The translations under genes were made by a program, and so were the position numbers. Of a stretch of DNA of 64,000 nucleotides, positions 52,383 to 64,000 are shown piece after piece (the first letter of the stretch is position 1; every line of letters begins with the position of its first letter). This DNA comes from Octopus vulgaris (Eukaryota), in contig OX597820.1 in NCBI GenBank assembly GCA_951406725.2, positions 14,570,001 through 14,634,000 of the forward strand, read 5' to 3'. Under the pieces are notes generated by a model that worked only from the letters and a program-made list of their open reading frames with translations, was not told the origin of the DNA and ran no database searches.

Positions 52383-53921
52383 ATAGAGAACATTAGTGTG
52401 TGAAAGAGGAGAGAGAGGAGATGGCAGATGGGTGCAAGCTTGGTAGTATGGTGAAGCTAGCTTTGTCACTCAGAGGTTTGCAGGTTCAGTCTCATTTTGG
52501 GGAACTTTAAACACTTTAGTGCTTAAATAAGCCATATCTGGCTCAGAATATTCTACCAGGCCAAACTGGCCACATCCAGCCTTTTACACCTACCTGACAA
52601 TGTCATTCAAAACATAAACGATCATATCAGTGAAACCTCAGTCCACGATTGATTAAAAACCGTTGCCTGATCTGGCAATGTGAATAGATAAGCATTACGT
52701 TTGACAGAGTAATCTGAATGCTAAAGGGTTGATTATTAAAATAACTTTTTGGTTATTAAATTTTGTTTTCTAATAATCATTGATCATATTTATGAAACTA
52801 ATCAAACCCTATGTATGTATAAAACTCATTTTGGGAAATGGCTTTACATCCTTTGATAAAGAGCCTTGTCCAAAGACATTGGGTAACCATGCATCCCCTC
52901 TACAGCAAGATACATCATCATCGTTTAACGTCTGCTTTCCATGCTAGCATGGGTTGGATGATTTGACTGAGGTCTGGCAAACCAGATGGCTGCACCAGAC
53001 TCCAATCTGATCTGGCAGAGATTTTACAGTTGGATGCCCTTCCTAATGCCAACCACTCCGAGAGTGTAGTGGGTGCTTTTACGTACCACCTGCTCAAGGG
53101 CCAGTCGGGTGGTACTGGCAACGGCCACATTCAAATGGTGTTTTTATGCACTTATACCTTTTTCTTTTTGTCTTGCTAGCGACCCTGCCAGTGCTGGTGC
53201 CACATAAAAAGCAACAAGTTCTCACTGTAAAGTGGTTGGCATTTGGAAGGGCATCCAGCTGTAAAAAACCATGGCATCTCTGCTGGTGCCATGTAAAAGG
53301 TGCTCAGTCCATTCTGCAGGGTGGTTGGTGTTAAGCAGCCAAAATGAAAAAAAAAAAATTCAAAAACAGACATTGAAACCTGGGGCAGTCTTCTGCCCAA
53401 CCAGCTCCTGTTAAACTGTCCAATCCATGCCACCATGGAAAGCAGATGTTAAATGATGATGTACAGTGTATTTCTATTTCAGTGCCCCTAGACAGGTCAC
53501 TGACTTCTAAATATTGGTGTAAATTTAAAAAGCAGTGTGTGAATTCTTTAAAATAATGTACTAAAGCTTTTGAAATGGCGTGTGAAATTTTGAAACTCGT
53601 ATGTGAATCTTTAAAAATAATCCACCATAGAATATTCTGGAGTGTAAGCAGATAGATGTGTCTACCAAATACTCAAGCGAGATCATACACAAGGCTATCC
53701 ACCAGATGTATCATTCTTATTATGAGGAAGTAGGCTTAACACTTTTGTTACCAGCCAGTCAGAGACAGCCTCTGGTTCTGTGATACAAAATTCCTGTTTT
53801 AAAGTAATAATCGAAATTAAAATTTTCCATCAGAATTTTATGCTAATTTGTTCCAGACTCCATCTTAATAATAACAGTCTTTTTACAAAACTCTTCTATT
53901 TTAAAAATTAATTGAAATAGA

Positions 53922-54323
53922 GGCCAGGCTGTGTGGCATGTAGCTTGCTTACCAACCACATGGTTCCGGGTTCAGTCCCACTGCATGGCACCTTGGGCAA
54001 GTGTCTTCTACTATAGCCTCGGGCCGACAAAAAAGCTTTGTGAATGGATTTGGTAGACGGAAACTGAAAGAAGCCCATCATGAATATGTATATATGTGTG
54101 TTTGTGTGTGTGTGTTTGTGTGTCTGTGTTTGTCCCCCCAACATCGCTTGACAACCGATGCTGGTGTGTTTACGTCCCCATGATTTAGCGGTTTGGTAAA
54201 AGAGATCGATAGACTAAGTACTAGGCTTATAAAGAATAAGTCCTGGGGTCGATTTGTTTAATTAAGGGCGGTGCTCCAGCATAGTCGCAGTCAAATGACT
54301 GAAACAAGTAAAAGAGTAAAGAG
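53922..54323 (+). mobile_element. Family A SINE
   Basis: Near full-length copy. Confidence 0.85.
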
Positions 54324-54490
54324 TATATGTCAACAGAACCACAATGGCCAAAGGATTAACCTATCCTCCAGTTTAATACCATCACCAACACTCTTGCTGT
54401 ATGCTTTCAGAAGCGTTACTATTTTGGTAGAATGTGAACTAATTCTATAGAGAAGGAAAGATAGTTTTAGAAGAGCTAGCAATATGTATT

Positions 54491-54800
54491 CTTTGTAAGC
54501 CTAGTATTCTATGTAAGTCTAGTACTTATTCTATCGGTCTCTTTTGCTGAACTGCTAAATTACAGGGACGTAAGCACACCAGCATCGATTGTCAAGTAAT
54601 GGTGGTGGGAACAAACACAGACACACAAATACATATATACGATGGGTTTCTTCCAGTTTCTGTCTACCAGATCCACTCAGAAGGCTTTGGACAGCCCGAG
54701 GCTATAGTAGAAGACACTTGCCCAAGGTGCCACGCAGTGGGACTGAATCTGGAACCATGTGGTTAGGAAGCAAGTTTCTTACCACACAGCCATTCCTGCA
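54491..54800 (-). mobile_element. Family A SINE, inverted relative to 53922-54323
   Basis: Reverse-complement copy about 170 bp downstream. Confidence 0.85.
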
Positions 54801-55948
54801 CACACACACACACATATATATATATGTACATATATTGCTAACATGTGCCTTCCATGCTGACATGGGTTAGTGAGTGTGACAGGAGCTGGCAAGCTGGAGA
54901 ACTGCTCCAAAATCCATTGTTTGCTTTGGCATGGTTTCTATGGCAGGATACCTTTCCTGATGCCAACCACTGTACAGAGTGTACTCTGTGCATTTTGTAT
55001 GGCATCAACACCAGTGGGGTTGCCAAGTCACTTGTGAAAAGAAAACCTCTCAGCTGGGAGAGGGAAAGGAAGCAAGGGAAGTGGTTTTGTTCTAGTAGAG
55101 AGGTGAGAGTATAATAGAGGGACAGAGAGTAGATACCTGGCTACCCCCCAGTAGGAAAAGAAAGGAGAAAATGAGGAAGACAGAGGAAAACAGATGGTGT
55201 TGGAGACGCATGGGGTGGGGTCTACACAGGAAATAATAGGGAAGAGTGTAAGTGGTTCAGTGAGGATAGAAGGGGATGTTCTGTAAGAGCTCTAGGGGAG
55301 ATGTTTAGAGATGGAGAAGGGGTGTCTGAAGCAAGTGATGGTGAGAGAAATCGGGGTGGCTGGGAGGGGGTAAATAAATAAAAATAACACTAGGCAATTG
55401 ATGTGCTTGTCATAATATATTTCTATGGGTTTTTTTCTTCTCTCTTACTCCATTTCTATAGTATAAGGCAGATAGATAATGAGGTGGGGGTGGAGGGCGT
55501 GGGGTGAAATATTTTGGGGAATGAAAAGATGATAGTTGTTTGGAGAGAAACAGGTGGGTAACAAGGAGAAAAAATGTGGGCGGAACACATTAAATAGGGG
55601 GAGTTGTTTGTTCAGTAATGGATTGTAATAGACATGTGTGGTTGTGTGTGTGCAAATATGTGTATGTGTAAAGAACACACACACACACACATGCCAAGCC
55701 CTGTGTGTACTGTAGGGGACAAAAGATATAAAACCGCATCTTGTGTTTATACCTTCCTATAAATATGTATGTGTGTTTGTGTGTGTATACATGTATCTGT
55801 GTGTGTGTATATTTATGTATATATGCATGTATGTGCATATATATGTGTGTGTGTGTGTGTGTATGTATATATATATTATATATATATATAGTATATAGGT
55901 ATGTATATATGTGTATATATATATATATATATAGTATGTAGGTATGTA

Positions 55949-55982
<34 letters not shown>

Positions 55983-55995
55983 GTATGTAGGTATG

Positions 55996-56035
<40 letters not shown>

Positions 56036-56436
56036 GTATATAGGTATGTATATATGTGTATATATATATATATATATATAGTATGTAGGTATGTGTATAT
56101 ATATATATATATAGTATATAGGTATGTATATATGTGTATATATATATGTAGTATATAAGGTATGTATATATGTACACACACACACACACAAAACACCTAC
56201 ATGTCCCCTTTTTGTTCCTCTCACCATCACCCCAACTGACTCCCTTCATTCTTTTCACCTTTTGTTTCTTTCTCATCTTTCGGAAATTCTGAAAATGCTT
56301 GAACTTGGTTTCATAAAGTGATTCCCCAAAGCCATTGTCAACAGTGAATGCATTTCTATGTCAGCACGAGTATATATATGTATGTGTACTGAAGTTAGTA
56401 AGTGTATCTGTATGTGCACAGAAATCATTGTGTGTG

Positions 56437-56479
<43 letters not shown>

Positions 56480-57422
56480 GTGTGTATGTATGTATGTATG
56501 TATATATATGTATGTATGTATGTATATGTATGTATGTATATATATGTATGTATGTATATATATGTATGTGTGTGTATACATATATATACACGTGTGTGTG
56601 TGTACTAAAGTCAGTGAGTGTATATGTAATTATGTATGTATGTATGTATGTACTGAAGTCAATGTGTGTATATGTATGTATGTGTCCTGAAATCTGTGAG
56701 TGTATTTGTATGTGTGTATATGTGTATGTGTTCGTATTGTTTTGGTCAGTGTGTATTTACTTGCCTTTGTTTTTATCAAAGTATGTGTGTGTGTGCGTTT
56801 GTGTGTGTGTGTGTAAATGTACCTGTTTTAATTGAAGCAATGGCATATAAACATACAGCGAAGGTATAAAATGAGTGAGAAATAATTACACTTTTAAGAA
56901 AACGGTTGTCTAATTTTTGCCAGAGCTAATGTGACATCTGTTTACTTTTAAATGGGTTCCTGAAACGACTGTGTGTGTATGAGTGTGTGTTTGTGCGTGT
57001 GAGACAGAGAGAAAGAGAAGGCATGTGTGTGCATGCATGTGCAAGGGAGAAAGAGAGAGAGAGAGAGAGAGTATGTGTGTGCATGTGCAAGAGAGATATT
57101 GCATTGTTTGCATGTGTATATATAAATATATACTTGTGTAAATATGCATGTCTATCTCTCTCGCATGATGTATGTTTTATATGTTGTTTTTGTGTGCGTG
57201 TGTGTGTATAGAAATACATATTTGTATAGATATGTATGTGTTTCTGTCATTAGAAGTAGGTTTCATATATGTGTGTATATTTGTATGCGTGTATATGTAC
57301 ATATGTGTGCATGTGTGTATATATATATATAAATATATATTTACCTAGATATGTGTGTGTGTATTTCTGTTAGAGGGTGTGTGTGTTATATATATGCATA
57401 TGTTTCTACTTATTTGCTCCTG

Positions 57423-57465
<43 letters not shown>

Positions 57466-57501
57466 TCTGCATATGTATATTATCTCACTCACATGCCGAA
57501 G

Positions 57502-57583
57502 ATGGCACCTGAACTGCTTCTTAAATTTGTGCCGATGCCATAAGGCAAAAACAGATTACCGCTGCCTATTAAGTTCTCAGTGA
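57502..57583 (+). CDS. Candidate alternative terminal exon: x-WHLNCFLNLCRCHKAKTDYRCLLSSQ*
   Basis: First AG after tattatctcactcacatgccga. Phase 2 is longest; unique island between microsatellites. Confidence 0.35.
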
Positions 57584-58504
57584 TATCAGTGCCAGCTGCT
57601 TTGTCACATTGAAAAATTTTTAATTCTGAAGTGAATTCTTCTGCTCTACTCTCTTTAATTAGTGTTTCATTTTCACTGAGACAAACATTTTCATGTGAAA
57701 AAGAAAGTTATGTCTGATTTTTAAAATCTTCTGAAAACAACAATTTTTTTGATTTGTTTTCTCTTTCGTTTCTGCGGTGATTTTGAAGCTCATACATGCA
57801 CAGATTGATGTAGACATAGCTATGTGGGCGAGAAGTTTGGTTAATGGTTCTGTCCCATTGCATGGCACCTTGGGCAAGTGTTTTCTATGGTCCAGGCTGA
57901 CCAGAGCCTTGCGAGTGCATCTGTTAGAAACTGAAAGAAGCCCATTATGTGTGTGTGTATGATCATTTTAGCCATGTAACAACATGCATGCTTTTCCAGA
58001 TAAGCAAGTGGTCATATTATTTTATTCACATTCTTTTTCATATGAATCAACCCTCGTCTCCATGTGTATAGATCATGGTGTACCTTTGAATGTAGACACG
58101 TGTGTGTACATACATAAATGCATGCATAGATATGCGACTGTGTGTGTATGTGTATGAGTACACTGATGGATTCAAGGGTTTCGTTTATTTACAAATTGAT
58201 TTCTTAATATTTCACCGGAGTATAAATACCTACAATGGTGATAATTAAAAGAAAAAGAAAAACAAGTTAATTCAGTTCAATTAAAAAGTATGGGTGAGCA
58301 ACACATTGCAAGCCACACTAGAATTTGCATGCAGGGTATGCATCACCCCTCCAATACCCCCCTTTTTTCTTCATTATTTCAATGTTTCCAGAAATGAAAA
58401 ATATTGGAGATAAGTTATTCATTTCAAATAAGTGAAGAGCAATTAATTTTTTTTTGTAGAATTTATACTGCAGTCATAATGACCAACATCAGTATCAGTT
58501 ATAT

Positions 58505-59350
58505 TTATATATAACAGTAATCAAACAGTTATGTCAAACAGTCATATTGTAATATAACAGTATCAAACAGTTATTGTTATGTCAAACAGTTATATTATTA
58601 TATAACAGTATCAAACAGTTATTGTTATGTCAAACAGTTATATTGTTGTATTAACAGTATTAAACAGTTTTATTGTTATATAACAGTATCAAACAGTTAT
58701 ATGGTTATATTAACAGTATTAAACAGTTTTATTGTTATATAACAGTATCAAACAGTTATTGTTATGTCAAACAGTTATATTGTTATATAACAGTATCAAA
58801 CAGTTATTGTTATGTCAAACAGTTATATTATTATATAACAGTATCAAACAGTTATTGTTATGTCAAACAGTTATGTTATATTAACAGTATTAAACAGTTT
58901 TATTGTTATATAACAGTATCAAACAGTTATTGTTATGTCAAACAGTTATATGGTTATATAACAATATTAAACAGTTTTATTGTTATAACAGTATTAAGCA
59001 GTTTTATTGTTATATAACAGTATCAAACAGTTATTGTTATATCAAACAGTTATATGGTTATATTAACAGTATTAAACAGTTTTATTGTTATATAACAGTA
59101 TCAAACAGTTATTGTTATATCAAACAGTTATATGGTTATATTAACAGTATTAAACAGTTTTATTGTTATATAACAGTATCAAACAGTTATTGTTATGTCA
59201 AACAGTTATATTGTTATATTAACAGTACCAAACAGTTATATTGTTATATAACAGTATGAATCATTTATTGTTGTGTCAGTTATATAACAATATCAAACAG
59301 TTGTTATATCAAATAGTTGTATGGTTATATAACAGTATCAAACATTTATA
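58505..59350. repeat. AT-rich minisatellite built from AACAGT(T/A)AT subunits, about 48-75 bp higher-order units
   Basis: tataacagtatcaaacagttattgttatgtcaaacagttatattgtta repeated with variants. Confidence 0.9.
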
Positions 59351-59635
59351 TTGTCCTTCATTGTAATTTGTATGAGATCAATAAAACTGGTTCTTAACCC
59401 TTTACTTGTCCTGTGCATCATGTGTGATATGCAGGACATATTTCCCTGGTGTCCATGCATTGTGTATGATACACATTGCAAATTTCTTTTTCAACCAGAG
59501 TAACGTGGGACTTATGAAAGGAAAGCTTTAAAATACTCAAAACATATGAAACAAGAGCTGAGTATGACAAGTATGGATGCTTAAAGCTAACTTATGAAAA
59601 TGCTTTGGACAGGCAAACCAAGCCATATAGACATT

Positions 59636-59943
59636 TGTTTTTTGTTTTGTTCCTTCTTGAGCCATGCCTGGCTCATAAGGGCTGGTTTCCTGGTTTCTTG
59701 GCGTATAGGTTCTCTACCTGGATAGGACGCTGGTCCATCACAGGTGAGCTGCAAGATGCAGGAGGAAAGAGTAAGAGAAAGTTGTGGCAAAAAGTCAGCA
59801 GTAGTTTGCCATTACCTTCTGCCAGAGCCACGTGGAGCTTAGGTGTTTCACTCATAAACACATACATCGCCCGCTCTGACATTTGAACCCGCGATCCCTC
59901 AACCGCGAGTCCGCTGCTCTAACCACTAGGCCATGTGCCTCCA
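59636..59943 (-). mobile_element. tRNA-derived SINE family C (related head at 61490-61791 minus)
   Basis: Reverse complement of 36600-36900. Confidence 0.85.
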
Positions 59944-60389
59944 CATGTAGGCGTTATATAATTGTTTATTTGCAGATATATAAATACCTATAAAAATTGA
60001 TTTTTTTATTATATTTTTTTTCTGTTTTCTTGAAAATTTTTTTTTAATATATTTTCCCATGACACATTTGTCTGCTTACACTCCAGCGAACTTTACTATG
60101 TATTATTTCGAAAGATTCTCATGACTGTTTCAAAATTTCACACACAATTTCAAAAGGTTTCATCTATTATTTTTAAAAATTCACATTATTTTAAACTTTA
60201 TACCTACATTTAGAAGATGATGATGTGTGTAGGTGCACTGAAATAGAAGTATACTATATAGTGGGGAAAAAATTCCCTTTTTTTCTTCTTCTTCTTCTTT
60301 ACTTAAGAGTTTTTTTTTTACTGGGTTTCTCATCAAGGAACATAAATCATTTCACAAAATGAATGATTTTCATATCTATATAGATCTAT

Positions 60390-60598
60390 ATAGCATGGTT
60401 GTTTGGTAAGAAGCATGCTTCCCAACCACATGGTTCCGGGTTCAGTCCCACTGCGTGGCACCTTGGGCAAGTGTCTTCTACTATAGCCTCTAGCCTTGGG
60501 CCGACCAAAGCCTTGTGAGTGGATTTGGTAGACGGAAACTGAAAGAAACCCGTTGTGTATATATATATACATGCACACACACACATATATATATATAC

Positions 60599-60636
<38 letters not shown>

Positions 60637-61220
60637 GAGACCAAAGTGTATGTATGCTGCCATATGTATATAAAAAGGAGTATAAAAAAATGGGGCAAGA
60701 ATGCAAAACATCCGGACAGCTAGATGATACAAAAAAGGGACAAGACATACAGACAGATGATATAAAAGGGGGACAAGAAAAAACACAGATGGGTCATTCG
60801 AAGTTTTCTTTCCTCAGTTGAGTTCCAGATTATCATTGCAATTTTGGCTGGTTATCGAAATTGCAAAGATAATCTGGAACTTGACTGATGAAAGACGACT
60901 TCGAATGACCCGTTCGTGTTTTTCCTTGTCCCTCTTTTGTATCATCTGTCTGGATGTTTTGCGTTCTTGTCCCATTTTTTGTATTCCTTTATATGTGTGT
61001 GTGTGTGTACATATTTGTATGTGTGTCTGTGCTTGTATCCCTCACTATCACTTGACAACCAATATTGGTGTGTTTACCATCCCCATAACTTAGCGGTACA
61101 GTAAAAGAGACCAATAGAATAAATATTAGGCTTGCAAAGAATAAGTCCTGAGGTTGATTTGTTTGACTAAAGGCGGGTGCTCCAGCATGGCCGCAGTCAA
61201 ATCATTGAAACAAGCGAATG
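60390..61220 (+). mobile_element. Family A SINE with a nested foldback element (60668-60993)
   Basis: SINE head 60390-60555 and tail 61030-61220 flank a palindromic insert. Confidence 0.8.
60668..60993. mobile_element. Palindromic foldback element centred near 60850
   Basis: aaaatggggcaagaatgcaaaacatccggacag...gttccagattatc|gataatctggaac...ctggatgttttgcgttcttgtcccatttt. Confidence 0.7.
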
Positions 61221-63208
61221 ATTGATATATAGAGCTTCATTAGTTCTTTTATCCCTTATTTGTTCCAGTCATGTTTGACAGTGGCCATGCTGGGGCACTG
61301 CCTTGAAGGGTTTTAGTCAAACAAAACGATTCCAGGACTTTCCTTTTAAAGCCTGGTACTTTTTCTGTTGGTGTCTCTTGCTGGACTGCTAAGTTACATG
61401 GATGTAAATAAATCAGCACCAGTTGTCAAGCAACAGTAGGGAACAAACACAGACACAAACACATATATATGTATGTGTGTGTGTATATATCACCGTGACC
61501 GACCAGGCTATCAGATGTTGCTACATATCACTGGTCACAATGCGCTTCGCATTGTTTTAGCCTTCAAATGACGCCACCCCACTGGCTAAGCGAGCAGACC
61601 AACAGAAGAAAGAGTGGGAGAAAGTTGTGTGGCGAAAGAGTACAGCAGGGATCGCTACCACCCCCTGCTGGAGCCTTGTGGAGCTTTAGGTGTTTTCGCT
61701 CAATAAACACTCACAACACCCGGTCTGGCAAATGAAACCGCGATCCTACGACCACGAGTCCGCTGCCCTAACCATTGGGCCATTGCACCTCTATGTGTGT
61801 GTATATCATCATCATCATCATCATCGTTTAGCGTCCGTTTTCCATGCTAGCATGGGTTGGACAATATATATATATATGACATGCTTCTTTCAGTTTCCGT
61901 CTACCAGATACACTCACAAGGCTTTGTTCAGCCTGAGGCTATATAGTAGAAGACACTTGTCCAAGATGCCATGCAGTGGGACTGAACCCAGAATCATGTG
62001 GTTGCGATGCAAGCTTCTTTCAACACAGCCACTTAAATTCCTTTAATAATTATAAAAAAAAAAAAAATCAATAATCAAAAATCACTATATATATATAGAT
62101 CACAGAGATGAAATGGCAGCATGTGGCCTTGTGGTTAGGGTGCTGGGCTCCTGATTCTAAGATCGTGGTTTCGATTCTTGGAAGCGGTGATGCATTATGC
62201 ATTTGCGCAAAATACTTCATTTTCCTGTGTCTCTCTCTTTGGTAACATTTCTAAAATATTGAGTACATTTATAAACTGATACATTTAATCTTAAATGTAC
62301 TACTTTACAAATACATGATATAAAGTCTTAACAGGACTTCAACTCCTCAGCACATGACTTGATAAACCAGCACAATATCCACATGGTTTATTAGTGTGAT
62401 ATCCTGATATCCTGACTAAAGTGCATAACCTATTTCTCCCACTATTTATCTCTACATTGTTAAACCGTATACTCTAATTGCATATACAATCTTCACTCTC
62501 TCTATCTCTGTCTCTCCTTTATCATTTTTCTCTCCATTTTAAAGTTGGCTAACACATATATTGTACAGAAGCAGTAATCACACATACACACAAATGCTCA
62601 CAGATGCACACACATATACACATACATTATACATACTTTTGATATTACTGATAATTTCTTAGGTCTATACTGCTGCTTGTTTCACCAATTTTCTGCTAGT
62701 GCTGCTCTTGTTGTTGTTGTTGGCGGTGGTGGTGGTGTCAGTGCAATAGTATTTCGAAAGTGGTACTGTCATTTTGGGGTACTACAGTTAATTTAAATAG
62801 ATGGTTCTATGCACACACATACACATACGCGCGTGCACACACACAGTCATACATACATATATTCATACATAGATATACACTTATGTATTCACAGAAACAC
62901 ACGCATATATATATATATACTTACACAAACATATAAGCATAAATTCACATACAAACATTCATACACGCACACCACACATACACAAACATGTGCATGCATA
63001 TATATTCATGCAAGCATACACATACATATGCACACATGCATACATATACACATGCGTATTCATGCACTCAAACATATACACACATATTCATACACACACA
63101 CACACACCTATATATAGATATATTCACTCAAACACACGCATACGCACACGCTCCCACAAACACATATATTCATGTTCCCATAAACATATACACACACGCA
63201 CACACATA

Positions 63209-63257
<49 letters not shown>

Positions 63258-64000
63258 TCACTCAAGCACACACACGCATATACATATTCACTCAAACACA
63301 CACACACATATATTCATATTCCCACAAACACTCACACACATGCAAATGCGTTTACTGAACTGAATGGCTGCGCAATTTTACATGTGTGCGAATGTGTATG
63401 TGTCCGTTTATATATATTATGTATACGTGAGCAAGTACATGCACACATCGTAATGTCATTATTATTTAAGTACTTTGTTTTACAGTTGTAAAACTGAATC
63501 TCAAATGTTACCGTAGTTGCTGAAGGAAGCTCATTAGCGATGCGATTCACGAATCTCTATGAGTGTGTGTGTGTGTGTGTGGAGTGAGAGGAGCCAAGTG
63601 CGGTGGATGTGAGCGAGGAACTAATGTTTGATGTAAAGACAAATGATTTAACCATTTCTCCAGGTCTATTTATTTATGCTGTTGTCACATGTGAAATGGT
63701 TTTGCTTTGCAAGCTCCTACAACACTTCTGGTGGCATACAATGACTTAATACAAAGAATATTGTTTTCAGCTGGATCATCTAACCCCCCCCCCCCTGCAC
63801 CTCTTCCATTCCGTAATTTCAACATGGCTGCAGTATAGTCACTGAAACAATATAATAAACATAAAACATGTGTGACCCCATAAATATGTACCGAAGGGCA
63901 TCTAACTGCAAAAACTGTGCCAAAACTGACAGTGGCGCTTGGAGCAGTCCTCCGGCTTGCCAGCTCCTATCAGATCATTCAATCTGTGCCTGCCCCAAAG

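Noticed and set aside
58673-59259. Repetitive Tyr/Cys-rich ORFs
   Set aside because: Translations of the minisatellite.

Overview
Eukaryotic, AT-rich, extremely microsatellite- and SINE-rich DNA. The repeat landscape points to a coleoid cephalopod, probably Octopus (inference): tRNA-derived CORE-type SINEs, a GGCGGCGAGCTGGCAGAA-headed SINE, (GAT)n-tailed retroposons, TTAA MITEs and dense (CA/TG/TA)n, (GGT/ACC)n and CT tracts. Nearly all listed ORFs are microsatellite or SINE artefacts, and no complete gene or recognisable protein domain is present. Firm features are four SINE/retroposon families, piggyBac-type and hAT-type MITEs, a CpG-decayed 5S rRNA pseudogene (19668-19786, minus), a decayed R4/Dong-type endonuclease remnant ending in (TAA)n, foldback elements with hammerhead-like cores, and several minisatellites. 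The most interesting signal is a series of short unique-sequence islands on the + strand, spread over about 60 kb. Each starts at a plausible splice acceptor, and in many the longest reading frame is the same intron phase (phase 2), giving roughly 10-65 codons of unique sequence before a stop or a microsatellite. I read this, as a hypothesis only, as a large array of alternative 3'-terminal exons giving many C-terminal tails to one gene whose shared upstream exons lie left of the window. Acceptors were chosen by eye and counter-examples exist, so RNA-seq is needed.
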